A DNA stretch of 64,000 bases, taken from Tubiluchus corallicola. Lineage: Eukaryota > Animalia > Priapulida. The stretch spans positions 15,246-79,245 of the forward strand of contig JAQGDQ010000741.1 of assembly GCA_030141605.1 (NCBI GenBank), read 5' to 3'. Shown here one piece after another: positions 14,213 through 27,477 of the stretch. The translations under genes were made by a program, and so were the position numbers. Below the pieces are notes generated by a model that made no database searches, was not told the origin of the DNA, and was given only the letters and a program-made list of their open reading frames with translations. Position 1 is the first letter of the stretch. Each line of letters begins with the position of its first letter.

Positions 14213-15377
14213 TGGGGTGTCTCAAAAGTAACCGCACACTTTAATTTCAGATCTTCTTTTTAAATTTCTCTTCTATTTTCTACAAGCTCTTACATGAAGC
14301 AAAAGGTGCCTTTGGCAAGTCTTCTCAATTATTTTTTGACTGGAACACAGTTGCCATGGGGACGACACTATCATCATAAATGAGGCACAAAATCAGCTTC
14401 GCGCGAGGTCCTTTGATCACCAACGGAAGTTCATCAAAATGAATTCAGAGCACCATATATGGACCACACTTCTTCTCACATTAAAAGAAATTGTTAATTT
14501 ACTGTCCAAAATATACTTCTTCAGGCCTATAAAAGTTAGTAATTTTTTCTTATAGTTGAATAATTAGCTTAGAAAGTTAATTAACGGCAACTGAACACAG
14601 CTATAGCTCACGTCAAAAACTAACCACAGTTTGCGCAATGGCGGTCATCTTCCCTTGTGCGTCAAGCACATTTGCATAAGTGTTACAGTACTGCTTAAAC
14701 GCGTGATGTCACGAAAATGGACTATACGTCATATGACGTCAAAAACTAACCACAGTTTGTGCAATTGCAGGCACCTTCCGTTGGGCGTCAAGCACATTTG
14801 TATAGGTGTTACAGTACTGCTTAAACGCGTGATGTCACGAAAATGGGCTGTACGTTATATGACGTCAAGAATTAACACTGCAGTTCGTGATCATGGTTAT
14901 CACGGTACCACCTTCTATTTGTCTTCCACGCGCATGTAACAAAAAGGTGCCGCTGCCAATCTTAGTAGATTCGCTGAGCCGCGCGTAGCCTTGAAAGTTT
15001 AAAGAAATTTGAGTATCCGAGATAATTATTATTTGATCTAAGCTTTGATTTAAAACAAGCTATTGTAGTTTTCAATATTTTAGAGCATTCTTTATTCTGA
15101 ATCGTGTTTACACAATCATCTGGTTTTCCTTTAACGATCTAGTTGTTCAACATGTGCAGGACATCTTCACCACTCAAGAACTGTGAGAGACTTTCTCAAT
15201 GCAAGATACCTGACTTGTAATTGGATTGGTGTCTGAATACTTGTGCGCTAATTCTTTTCTGATTTTTATCTAATTTTGGCTAAAAAACTGCCCACGGTTT
15301 TAGTTCATCTGTAGCAATTTGCAAACATTTTGCTTTGGTTGTTAAAAAATATAGGATTGTACTTATGAGTCACCCTG
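14213..15377 (+). mobile_element. Tc1/mariner-like non-autonomous element (host of a nested insertion)
   Basis: TA|TGGGGTGTCTCAAAAGTA ... TACTTATGAGTCACCCTG|TA gives imperfect TIRs with TA flanks. Internal parts resemble 6555-6650 and 7180-7220. Confidence 0.6.
14485..15130 (+). mobile_element. TTAA-flanked MITE family B, copy 1 (with a ~127-bp internal tandem duplication)
   Basis: TTAA|AAGAAA ... GGTTTTCCT|TTAA. Homologous to 18880-19427 and 24979-25515. Confidence 0.85.
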
Positions 15378-15610
15378 TATTGTGAACAAAACATGCTATT
15401 AAAAGTTCAATCACGTATTTGAGCATAAAAATGTTCGTTACTGATTACTGAAGGCGGGATATGATCGTATTTAAGTCACATTGCATTTTGGATAATATTA
15501 AAAAGAGAACTTATGTAAAACTTGTATAAAAGAAACCTGTACAGCTAAATATAGCAGTTAGTATAGTAAAAATTATAAAATGCAGTACTTGTCTGCACTA
15601 CTTCGCTTAA

Positions 15611-15705
15611 AGGGCAAGAAAAGGGGCACCTGAAGTAGGTACCAGAAAAATCGTCTTAAAAACTGTATGACTTTATAGCAATTTTATGCGTACATCTTAC
15701 TCGAG
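15611..15705 (+). mobile_element. MITE family A, 5' end running into the gap
   Basis: TTAA|AGGGCAAGAAAAGGGGCACCTGAAGTAGG matches the starts at 27478 and 35262. Confidence 0.8.
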
Positions 15706-16568
15706 NNNNNNNNNNNNNNNNNNNNNNNNNNNNNNNNNNNNNNNNNNNNNNNNNNNNNNNNNNNNNNNNNNNNNNNNNNNNNNNNNNNNNNNNNNNNNNN
15801 NNNNNNNNNNNNNNNNNNNNNNNNNNNNNNNNNNNNNNNNNNNNNNNNNNNNNNNNNNNNNNNNNNNNNNNNNNNNNNNNNNNNNNNNNNNNNNNNNNNN
15901 NNNNNNNNNNNNNNNNNNNNNNNNNNNNNNNNNNNNNNNNNNNNNNNNNNNNNNNNNNNNNNNNNNNNNNNNNNNNNNNNNNNNNNNNNNNNNNNNNNNN
16001 NNNNNNNNNNNNNNNNNNNNNNNNNNNNNNNNNNNNNNNNNNNNNNNNNNNNNNNNNNNNNNNNNNNNNNNNNNNNNNNNNNNNNNNNNNNNNNNNNNNN
16101 NNNNNNNNNNNNNNNNNNNNNNNNNNNNNNNNNNNNNNNNNNNNNNNNNNNNNNNNNNNNNNNNNNNNNNNNNNNNNNNNNNNNNNNNNNNNNNNNNNNN
16201 NNNNNNNNNNNNNNNNNNNNNNNNNNNNNNNNNNNNNNNNNNNNNNNNNNNNNNNNNNNNNNNNNNNNNNNNNNNNNNNNNNNNNNNNNNNNNNNNNNNN
16301 NNNNNNNNNNNNNNNNNNNNNNNNNNNNNNNNNNNNNNNNNNNNNNNNNNNNNNNNNNNNNNNNNNNNNNNNNNNNNNNNNNNNNNNNNNNNNNNNNNNN
16401 NNNNNNNNNNNNNNNNNNNNNNNNNNNNNNNNNNNNNNNNNNNNNNNNNNNNNNNNNNNNNNNNNNNNNNNNNNNNNNNNNNNNNNNNNNNNNNNNNNNN
16501 NNNNNNNNNNNNNNNNNNNNNNNNNNNNNNNNNNNNNNNNNNNNNNNNNNNNNNNNNNNNNNNNNNNN
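15706..16568. other. Assembly gap (N run)
   Basis: Run of n characters. Confidence 1.
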
Positions 16569-16704
16569 TGGTGCCATGTTTCAATTAATTTGTAGTTTTC
16601 TCGACGCTAACATAGTTGCACATGGTGTATGTTTGCAGTTTACTGCATGAAGGAATTATGATTCAAAATAAATTACATTTCATTAAATTACAACGACTGC
16701 TATG

Positions 16705-16705
16705 C

Positions 16706-16771
<66 letters not shown>

Positions 16772-16777
16772 AACAGC

Positions 16778-16830
<53 letters not shown>

Positions 16831-16924
16831 GCAACAGCAACACCAACAGCAGCACCAAAAGCAACAACAACAGCAACAGCAAACAGCAACAGTGGCGGTG
16901 GCAATGACGACGACGACGACGACG

Positions 16925-16983
<59 letters not shown>

Positions 16984-17034
16984 ATCGTCATCATCACCAC
17001 CATCACCATCATCATCACCATCATCATCATCACC

Positions 17035-17066
<32 letters not shown>

Positions 17067-17115
17067 CATCATTATCATCATCATCACCATCATCACCATC
17101 ATCATCACCATCATC

Positions 17116-17147
<32 letters not shown>

Positions 17148-17207
17148 CGTCATCATCATCATCACCATCACCATCATCATCGTCGTCGTCGTCGTCACCA
17201 TCATCAC

Positions 17208-17243
<36 letters not shown>
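16705..17243. repeat. Compound (CAA)/(CAG)/(GAC)/(TAC)/(CAT) microsatellite
   Basis: Direct reading. Confidence 0.95.
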
Positions 17244-17333
17244 ACGCCCATTACGTTGATTATAGACATTGGGCAGGCTGAATTCTAAAATAAAAGAAAT
17301 CTGTTCTCAAGACAGGTAAAAGCAGCAGTAATT
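17240..17333 (-). mobile_element. Short retroposon 3' end with a (TGA)n tail, copy 1
   Basis: The reverse complement matches 27166-27272 (ATTACTGCTGC.TTTACCTGTCT...CTGCCCAATGTCTA.AAT..ACGT.A.GGGCGTATGATGATG). Confidence 0.7.
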
Positions 17334-17974
17334 TTAACGTTCTTCCAGACATTTCGCAAATGTCACGTGTTTTCTTCGAGACTTGTCATCCTCTTACTGT
17401 TCTATTTTTATTCCCCGATTTATCATATACAAGAGTGTCAAATTCGCCCGAGTAGGCAATGTAGGCTCTATGTTTTCAGCAGAGAAACGTGTGAGTAGTT
17501 GAGTACACTCTAACAAGATATAAAATAGCTCTTTTTCTTAAACAAGTCGAAAGCGTTTGCTATAAACCTCCCGTTTTGCCTTCCAGTATTTGAAAATATT
17601 CACGATTTATTAGGTAATCATCAGTTACTTTACGTCGGGGAGTCAATTAAAATGAAATAACATTTTGGGTTTTATAGAAAATGATTATCCTTACAAAATG
17701 GTGACGGAACGAGCCAGGCTACAGTAGCATATTGTTTCTGGTTATTTATGGTAGTGTAAACAAAATGATCTGAATACGATCTTTCTGCATGCAATGATGT
17801 ATCGCTTTCTCGTTTTTTAGGTCGTTGGTTAATGAAGAAAATCTATTTTAGGAACTACGAAGCTTTCAGCGTTTCTTCCCGTTTTAATCTTTTGAGTTTT
17901 GCTTTACTCCTAGATCTATCCATCCATAGCAATTAGTATAAAAAGCAGCCCAACTGTATTGCAAAAACGGCAGT

Positions 17975-18005
17975 GAAGAGAGAGAGAGAGAGAGAGAGAG
18001 AAGGG

Positions 18006-18051
<46 letters not shown>

Positions 18052-18086
18052 AGAGAGAGAGAGAGAGAGGGAGAGAGAGAGAGAGA

Positions 18087-18175
<89 letters not shown>

Positions 18176-18275
18176 GAGAAGGGGAGAGGGAGAGAGAGGG
18201 GATGGAGGGAAAGAGAGAGAGGGGAAGAGAGAGAGGGAGAGAGAGAGAAGAGAGAGAGAGAGAAAGAAAGAGAGG

Positions 18276-18306
<31 letters not shown>

Positions 18307-18366
18307 AAGAAAGAGAGTGAGAGAAAGGGAGAGTGAGAGGGCGAAAGAGAGAGAGAGGGGTGAGAG

Positions 18367-18406
<40 letters not shown>

Positions 18407-18414
18407 AAGAAAGA

Positions 18415-18458
<44 letters not shown>

Positions 18459-18478
18459 TACAGAAAGAGAGAGAGAAT
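17975..18478. repeat. (GA)n imperfect microsatellite
   Basis: Direct reading. Confidence 0.97.
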
Positions 18479-18879
18479 GACAATGAAAACTTTGATTTTC
18501 CGATAAAGCTGAAAACAATTTAATTATTGATAGATGCAAGCTAACATTTTAGGTAAGTCGGCACATCAGCTTACTGTTATTACAACTTATATCTTTGTTA
18601 CATAATACTAATAATGGCGGCATTCGTCTGAAACCACTTCTGTTCAACCAACCGTGAAAATGTTAGACAAGTACTCAAACAGATCTCCAAGAGGTCACTA
18701 CGGATTCACCTTGCCGTGTTTATTTTCATTCTTAAATCATAAAACCCAAAGGCTAAGAGCATAAGTCTTAGTAAGAAGTTTGTATTTCTTTTTAATTCTT
18801 TTACTGATACGATTTGGAGAAGCTTTGATGTCGTATTAAAATTAAAGGTCAGCGCAGATTAGGCATTTATTAACCTTAA

Positions 18880-19427
18880 AAGAAAACCAAACGATAGTTT
18901 AGACTCAATCTCATTTTAATTTACTGTCCTAAATATACATTTTCTTGCCTGTAAAGGTTAACAATCGTTCCTTGCAGTTGAATAATTAGCTTAGAAAGTT
19001 AATTAACGGCAACTGAACACAGCTATTGCTTACGTCAGAAACTAACCACAGTTTGTGCAATGGCAGGCGTCTTCCCTTGCGCATCAAGCACGTTTGCGTA
19101 AATGTTACAGTACTGCTTAAACGCGTGATGTTCACGAAAATGGGCTCTGCGTCACATGACGTCAGAAACTAACACGGCAGTTCATAATCATGGTTATCAC
19201 GGTAACGCCTTCTATTTGTCGGACACGCGAATGTGACAAAAGGCGCCGCTGCCAATCTTAGTAGATTCACTGAGCCGCGCGTAGCTTTGAAAGTTTAAAG
19301 AAAATTGAGTATCCGAGGTAATTATTATTTAATCTAAGCTTTGATTAAAAATAAGCTATTGTAGTTTTCAGTATTTTAGAGCATTCTTTATTCTGAACTC
19401 GTGTTTACATAATCATCCGGTTTTCCT
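18880..19427 (+). mobile_element. TTAA-flanked MITE family B, copy 2 (full length)
   Basis: TTAA|AAGAAAACCAAACGATAGTTTAGAC ... GTTTACATAATCATCCGGTTTTCCT|TTAA: imperfect TIRs of ~25-30 bp with TTAA on both sides. Confidence 0.88.
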
Positions 19428-19614
19428 TTAAGAAAAGCAAGAAATGTCAAGTACTTTAAATAAAATTTAATAATGTTTGGTTTCGAAAGCTATGAATGTC
19501 AACCATTCGCGCCTCCAATCTTCATTGTGAGTCACCATACAAAGGAGATGGTCGTTTTCTATGGTCACCCAAAATAGCTGAAATTGGTCTCTGTAATCCC
19601 TGACGAAGATTTAT

Positions 19615-20009
19615 TTACATACCTAATCTTGTTACTTAGTCTTATGTACCTTAATCTTACATACCTTAATCTTATATACCTTAATGTTATATACCTTAAT
19701 CTTACATACCTTAATCTTATATACCTTAATGTTATATACCTTAATGTTATATACCTTAATCTTACATACCTTAATGTTATATACCTTAATCTTACATACC
19801 TTAATCTTACATACCTTAATGTTATATACCTTAATCTTACATACCTTAATGTTATATACCTTAATCTTACATACCTTAATGTTATATACCTTAATCTTAC
19901 ATACCTTAATCTTACATACCTTAATCTTACATACCTTAATCTTACATACCTTAATCTTACATACCTTAATCTTACATACCTTAATCTTATATACCTTAAT
20001 GTTATATAT
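19615..20009. repeat. 15-bp minisatellite, ~26 copies
   Basis: Units ATACCTTAATCTTAC / ATACCTTAATGTTAT. Confidence 0.95.
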
Positions 20010-20420
20010 ACATGTAATTCAACAACGAGATTTTTTCCAGCGAATAATATTTAAATTCTAAAATACAATGTTTAAATTATGGTGAACACTAAGAGAGAGA
20101 GCTATTCCAAAATTACTATGGATGACGAAAACCCAAGGGCCCGTTCATACTAGCTAGTTGTTTTTCTGAACTGAAGTGTGAACTGATTGGGGAGCTAAAG
20201 AGAGCTATATATCTTACACATATATATTATACATATGTGTATATGTAATATGTATGTAATTTAAAGTATTTTCTGTTTTATTACATTAATTGTTTACGGT
20301 ATAATATATATATTAAGCAAATAAAGTAATAAAACATGAAATACCTTAAATCAGTTATTTAATACATGACATGTAAATATTGATAATACTGTTCATATAT
20401 GATGGCATTACATGTATCTT

Positions 20421-20918
20421 GGGGTTAGGATTATGGTAAGGATTAGTGTTTGGTTGGTGTTAGGGTTAGGGTTAGGATTAGTGTTAAGGTTAGGGTTAAG
20501 GTTAGGGTTAGTGTAGGGTTAGTGTAATGGTTATAATTAGTGTTAGGTTGGGGTTAAGGTTAGGATTAGAGATAGAGTTAGGATTAGTGATAGGGTTAGG
20601 ATTTGTGTTAGGGTTAGTGTAATGGTTAGAATTAGTGTTAGGATTAGTGATAGGGTTAGGATTAGTGTTAGGGTTAGGGTTACTGTATTAGTTAGAATTA
20701 GTGTTAGGTTGGGGTTAAGGTTAGGATTAGTGTTAGGGTTAGGATTTGTGTAAGTATTAGTGTAATAGTTAGAATTAGTGTTAGGATTAGTGTAATGGTT
20801 AGAATTAGTGTTAGGTTGGGGTTAGTGTTAGGTTGGAGTTAGTATTAGGATTAGGATTAGGGTTTGGATTAGTGTTAGGGTTAGTGTAATGGTTTGGATT
20901 AGCGTTAGGGTTAGGGTT
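20421..20918 (+). repeat. Degenerate interstitial telomere-like (TTAGGG)n tract
   Basis: Hexamer periodicity: TTAGGG, TTAGGA, TTAGTG, TAATGG. Confidence 0.85.
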
Positions 20919-21025
20919 ATTTCTTTTTCCTGTGACTTTTTCCATGTGGCTTTTTTACCCGTGACTTCATTACCTGTGTCTTTTTACCTGTGGCTTTTTT
21001 ACCCGTGATTTCATTACCTGGATTC
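20919..21025 (+). mobile_element. DNA-transposon-like terminus with ~15-16-bp subterminal repeats (possibly Mutator-like)
   Basis: GTG(A/G)CTTTTTT(A)CC-type repeats, about 6 copies, ending ACCTGGATTC directly after the telomere-like tract. Confidence 0.45.
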
Positions 21026-21747
21026 GGTATTTTTCAAAGAATTTATTGTCACTATTAAGAAAAAATCTGTTGCTAACGAATGCTTTCTTCCTCATGTTAG
21101 ACCTGCACAAGCTTACCAGAACACAACTGCGCACGTTTAGAATTCGTTCACAGAAAGATTCCATTGAGTCAAACAGAGACCATGTTTGTCTTTGCAACGC
21201 CAATTTCCTATGCGGCTTATGCAGCAAACCGTGCCATCTGAGAAATCATTAGTTACTCGCTAATTGTGTTATTCTTAAAGATAAGACCCCATGTGGTCTT
21301 GCTACAGCAAATATTACGTTTTTACATTTACAGGAAACTATTACATTTAGAAGGATCAGCATAATGGAATAAATTGCTCTACCCGAAGAAAAAGCGAGAA
21401 ACGGTTTTTTGCTGTTTTCTTGTGGTATTTCGTCCAGAGAATAACAAATCCAAAAATAGTCCGAAATTTGTGCACTGGAAAGGGACTAATTATGACGTCA
21501 AGAAGATGGCCGCCATTTGACCAAAATGAATGGGTATTTAGTCTACAAGAATAGTGAAAAAATGCTCATTGTGACTCCAAAGCTTGAAATTTGCATAGTG
21601 CTACAACCCATTAAGGTGATTAATTTTCGTTATGGGGTCCATCGATATTCGTCCAACATGGCTGCAATTTTCAAGATGGTCGACAATATGGTTGTTACTA
21701 GTTCATAAAAGCCAAATCTTTTAGGAAATGTGAAAAATTCAGGGTGT

Positions 21748-21815
21748 TATTGTTGGTGTTGTTGATGCTGCTGCTGCTGCTGTTGTTGTAGTTGTAGTAG
21801 TAGTAGTAGTAGTAG

Positions 21816-21869
<54 letters not shown>

Positions 21870-21988
21870 ATGATGATGATGTTGTTGTTGTTGTTGTTGT
21901 TGCTGCCGTTGCTGCCACTGCTGTTGTTGTTGTGTTTTGTTGTTGTTGTTGTTGTTGATGATGTTGTTGTTGTTGATGATGATGATGA

Positions 21989-22035
<47 letters not shown>
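21748..22035. repeat. Compound (TTG)/(TAG)/(ATG)/(CTG) microsatellite
   Basis: Direct reading. Confidence 0.95.
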
Positions 22036-22036
<1 letters not shown>

Positions 22037-22805
22037 GCTGTCCATTTAATAAGTTTTTATTCACTTTTTGTATTTTGACGTCTCAATAGAATAACTTCGT
22101 ATTCTAAATATTTATTTTACCATAAAACGGATTCTATGATAACGCTAAAAGAATTTCCAAATAATGTGTTGACGAAATAGGTTCCAAGGGAAAGTTAAGT
22201 AGTAGGCTATCTAGGCAATTGGCAAAAAATAGTCAGTAGGCGAGTAACACAAATGCTTCGCATTCCAGACTAGTTATAACTTTGTATTTTATCACATTAC
22301 TTGTGATTTGCACATTGTATGGCGCTTTTTCTTTGTTTTATTCGATATTATTTTACGTGAATGTTATTGGTTAAGTATTTATAAAAAACAACGTGTACTA
22401 GTACTTATCTATTTCACTGGTTATGATGATTTCACCACAGGTAAATCTACCTACAAAGTCTTTTTCAATAAAGGAAGCAAATTTCTAGTAACTTCAGTGA
22501 ATTAGTGCAGAATTAAAGGTGTCACTATAACGAGAACAATATGTGTGATTGCTAAACAAAACCGTCCATAAGTCAGCTTCTAACTGATGCTTCAAAGTAG
22601 AATGGTCCTAAAATTTGGTCAAATTTCAGTTTTTTTGTTTTTTATACAAAGAAATGCTAAGTATGTTGGGCCTTTGTATTCTAGCATCAGATTAACAAGA
22701 AAATGTTCAAAAATACTAAAAATCTAATTTTATAACACCCTTCCCACTTTTCTGGCTAGAAACTTGTACTGCAATTGCGAAAAATTTGAATGTTCAAACT
22801 TCGAT

Positions 22806-23146
22806 TGTAGCTCTTGGAAGCAGTCATTTTGCTTCGGGTTTTTTTTTCGTTGTCAAGCCCTGACCTTCCTCAGGAAGAGCCATCTACTGGATTTAAACGT
22901 AACTTCAATGCGTTCTTGCAAAGTCCGTAGCAACCAACATTTGTGCGGTTGCTAAGTGTTTTGTAGAAACGCGTCAGAAAACAATGGCTGACTTTAACAG
23001 TGATTTTCTCAAGGTTATGTTTTTCAGTGTGCAGCCTGCACCTCAACTTGAACGTGGATTATCTCAACTTAGAAATAACATAGAGTGATGAGCTTGGTAT
23101 TAAAATGATCCTCGTGAAATGGAGATTCAGGATATGTGAATAACTG
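22806..23146 (+). mobile_element. Unclassified interspersed repeat family D, copy 2
   Basis: Homologous to 10421-10757. Confidence 0.75.
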
Positions 23147-24159
23147 AGATTACACGTTTTGCTTTGCATTTTGCGAAAGTCGTTTAATAATATCCCGTTT
23201 ATTTTAATGCAAGTAATATACATATATACATATCTATATATATCTGTACAATCTATGTATATACATATATATATAAAATGTACAATATGTACAATATATA
23301 TACAATAATACATATAATAGGCCCTATATATAATATAATTTATTATAATATATAACTTAATATATAATATATTATATTACATATTATAATATAACTTATA
23401 TTTTTAGTTATGCCAGTTAAAGAGTTTCAAGTCTTAAAACTTACAAAAAATTATATATATACATAACCACGTACATATGTGTATGTATATTTACATACAC
23501 ATACATTTTTTGCTAGCAAACTCTCAAGTAACCAAATTAATTTGGTTAAATTAATTTTTGAATGTCTACATGTGTTTGTATTTGCATTGTGTATTTTGTA
23601 TTTTGTAAATTTCTTTTTTATTTGTAACATGTTTATATTATAAATCTATTCTCAATGATTGTGCATTGCGTACTCTGTGCATTTTTCTATTCATCTGTAT
23701 ACAGTTTTAATATAGTTTGTTAATTTAAATGTGGACGCCTACTAACAACCACGTTATTGCTTGTATCAATTTTTTATTAACTAAAACATGCATACAGACA
23801 ACTTAAACACGGTAATTTATAGTGAATTGCAAGGCATCGTCTTTTAATTGCCTTAATTTCTATTAATTACCTTAAAGCAGATTAACTGCAAAGAAAATTA
23901 AAATTTCGTAGTGAATTCTGGAACACGTAGAAATAACGTGTTGAATATTTTTTGGTGGCGCCATCTTGTATTTTATTTTTCCGCACGTCAACCAGTAAAC
24001 AAGTTAAAGAATTAAAAGTCCTCCGCAAACGTGAAGTGTAGCAGGTCTTCCCAAAGTGCCTGACTTGCACAGGTATTAATGTCACAAAATACCGCAAGGG
24101 TGCAGCAGTGTCATCACTTACTGCTCAATCGCTGCTAACAACGATCGTGGTTACCACTA

Positions 24160-24635
24160 TTGCTGCTACTGCTGCTGGCGGTGGTGCTGGCGGTGGTGGT
24201 GGCGGTGGTGGTGGTGGTGGTGGTGGTGTGATGGTGGTGGTGGTGGTGGTGGTGGTGGTGGTGGTGGTGGTGGTGGTTTGGTAGTAGTAGTAGTAGTAGC
24301 AGTAGCAGCAGTAGTAGTACTAGTAGTGGTAGTGGTGGTGGTCGTAGTGGTAATGGTGGTGGTGGTGGTCGTGGCATTGGCGGTGGTGGTGGTGCTGGCA
24401 ATGGTAGTGGTAGTGGTGGTGGTAGTGGTAATGGTGGTGGTGGTCGTCGTGGCAATGGTGGTGGTGGTGGTGGTGGTAGTGGTAATGGTGGTGGTGGTCG
24501 CAGTGGCAATGGTGGTGGTGGTGGTGGTGGTCGTGGCATTGGCGGTGGTGGTGGTGCTGGCAATGGCAGTGGTAGTGGTGGTGGTAGTGGTAATGGTGGT
24601 GGTGGTCGTCGTGGCAGTGGCGGTGGCGGCGGAGG
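24160..24635. repeat. G-rich (GGT)n-derived compound repeat with internal block duplications
   Basis: (GGT)n runs with a repeated GTCGTGGCATTGGCGGTGGTGGTGGTGCTGGCAATGG block at ~24368 and ~24530. Confidence 0.9.
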
Positions 24636-24978
24636 TTTTGGTGACCGTGGCGGAGAGTGGATAATAACAACTCTCTTATAGGCTTCTACACACATTACCT
24701 GTTAGCTGACAAGACAAGTATTTTAGTCATGAAATTTGTTCTAATTTGTTAGATGACGCGTGTATTAAAAATCAAACTCATCCATTCTATGCTTGTATTA
24801 AGTCATTAATTAGAAAGTTCTAGTATTTTCTCGATGTTAAATTAGATCTTTTAAGAGTTATTCTTGTAGTTTTTATTGTATGCCATTATGGACGAAATTT
24901 GGTAGTAAATTCGTGAACAAAATACCCGTTACGTATAACAACGGTATCAAGTAGCTCTTTAAATTACCATATGAATGT

Positions 24979-25515
24979 AGTGAAAACCGAAAGATTGTTT
25001 AGACTCAGTCTCATTTTAATTTGCTGCCCAAAATCCATTTGCTTCCCTATAAATGTTAAGAATTGTTCCTTATATTTGAATAATTAGCTTAGAAAGTTAA
25101 TTAAGGGCAACAGAACAGAGCTATTGCTTACGTCATAAACTAGCCACAGTTTGTGCAATGGCAGGCATCTTCCCTTGCGCGTCAAGCACATTTGCATAAG
25201 TGTTACAGTACTGCTTAAACGCATGATGTCACGAAAAATGGGCTTTAGATCATATGACGTCAGAAACTAACACTGCAGTTCATGATCATGGTTATCACAG
25301 TACCGCCTTCTATTTGTCGGCCACGCGAATGTGAGAAAAAGGTGCCACTGCCAATCTTAGTAGATTCACTGAGCTTTGAAGCTTTAACGAAATTTGAGTA
25401 TCCGAGGTAATTATTATTTAATCTAAGCTTTGATTTAAAAAAGCTATTGTAGTTTTCAATATTTTACAGCATTCTTTATTCTGAATTCGTGTTTACACAA
25501 TCATCTGGTTTTCCT
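24979..25515 (+). mobile_element. TTAA-flanked MITE family B, copy 3
   Basis: Homologous to 18880-19427. Ends GGTTTTCCT|TTAA. Confidence 0.85.
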
Positions 25516-26244
25516 TTAATACTGCCACATTTTTTGCTCCTTTGCAGGAAAGCCTATTACAGTATAAGAAAACTATTACTAAAACTTGTGAACAATAAAC
25601 ATCTGCTAGCTATTGTCAACTCCGGAAGAATTATACAATATCTTTCTTTTAAGATGTGAAAGAATTAAACACTGCTTGTAAATAATAATAATAATAATAA
25701 TAATAATCGAATTTGATAGCTACGAATGTTAATTTACTGTACGGTTTGTATATATGTAAGTAGTATTTTTACTGTAGTTTTTAATGAAGTATTTTAGTGT
25801 AACGTGAAGTAAACGTTTTCTTGTTATATCACATACAAAACATATAAAAATGTTTGATATTTTTGCTGAAATTCAAGTAATCTAATCTGGCTTAATCTAA
25901 TCGAATCGATTTTTTTATAAATGGCAATGGGAATCATTAGTTAAAAATCAACTAAGATGATATTAATTAAGATGACGTAGGTACTGACAATTAAGATTGT
26001 TCGAATTAACAAAACTGCAGCACAACACAGCACAGAAGTGGAGAGCTTCAATTCAACTCACACACGAAGCTAATGGGTTTTTTTACAAAAATTAATTGCC
26101 AGTAATCGTAGTTACTTAGGTACATTAAATAAGTAACTATTGTTTAAATTTTTGTCAGTTTGGCAAACCGGAAACAGAAATTCAGGACTTAATAAGTCTA
26201 ATGACAAGACCTATTTATTGTGGATTATATGCGACAAGGCCTGA

Positions 26245-26450
<206 letters not shown>

Positions 26451-26557
26451 TGTATTATCAAGGCAAATTGTTTAACAAAAAACACATACTGGGTTAAAAG
26501 CTATTTGTATTGTGCAGCACAACACATTGTGACTTTTCCTTTATTGACTTTCAACTG

Positions 26558-26984
26558 TAGGGGTGAGCGTGAAAAGTTCGAATCGAATTCGGGCGTTCGA
26601 ATTTGATTCGAACGAGTTTTTTTAGTTCGAATTCGATTCGAAACTAAAATCATAGATTCGAATAATTCAACACTTCAGCCACATACTTTCTTTATCATTA
26701 AAATGTTTGATACAGCACGTAATTAATACAATTTAGCTGCAGTTTCTGTGCAAAGTTTTTAACAAACTAATGGCGGTTCTACTGCAGAACAAAATCAAAT
26801 AATATGCTTGTTCTTCGTAAGACCACTTTTTACTACTGGGTCGAAAACTTGTTCGAAAATCTTTCAAACTCAATTCGAATTCGATTCGGATTCAAAATGC
26901 TGAAATTCGGTTCGACTCGAATTCAAAAGTCAAAAATTCGATTCGATTCGAATTCGCTAATTTGGTAGAGAATGCTCGCCCCAA
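26558..26984 (+). mobile_element. hAT-like MITE family E with ATTCG/TTCGAA subterminal repeats, copy 1
   Basis: TAGGGGTGAGC ... GCTCGCCCCAA imperfect TIRs. Homologous to 31804-32182. Confidence 0.8.
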
Positions 26985-27165
26985 CTTTTAAGTGCAACAC
27001 CTACTTTAAAATTTGAATAAAAATTGAATATTTAATGATTTAGTATAAAGCCTAAGTAATTCCCGACTAGCTATTTAAATTGCAACGAACTTATAATTAG
27101 GCTATTATTTTTCGGAAATGGTGCTGACAAGCCACTGGCGTAGCAGTGTCTAGTTTTCTTGCTGG

Positions 27166-27272
27166 ATTACTGCTGCGTTTACCTGTCTGAAGGCAGATTT
27201 CTTTTATTTTAGAATTCTGCCTGCCCAATGTCTACAATAGACGTGACGGGCGTATGATGATGATGATGATGA
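27166..27272 (+). mobile_element. Short retroposon 3' end with a (TGA)n tail, copy 2
   Basis: Matches the reverse complement of 17240-17333. Confidence 0.7.
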
Positions 27273-27477
27273 ATTAGGCTATTCAATCAAATATTCAACT
27301 CCAAAGTCGCGAATTTACTTACGAATTTTTCTGATTTCATACTTCATTTTATCCTTACAAAGGTATTAAGGCATTAAAGAGGAACACAGACACTCAAAAA
27401 ATGACTTTTTGAAGACCACATATCTATTAGCAATAGCACCTCATCTTTACAAAGGAACAGCTTTAAATTGGGATTCA

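Noticed and set aside
15684-16588. Three ~300-aa ORFs
   Set aside because: They consist of X residues from the assembly gap.
17345-17385. Hammerhead-like remnants here (minus strand CTCGAAGA...CGAAATGTC) and at ~30180-30205 (GAAACGTC)
   Set aside because: Cores and helices are too degenerate to support a call by eye.
19584-20061. YLNLT pentapeptide-repeat ORF
   Set aside because: Product of a 15-bp minisatellite that is open in two frames. No supporting start, splice or flanking coding evidence.
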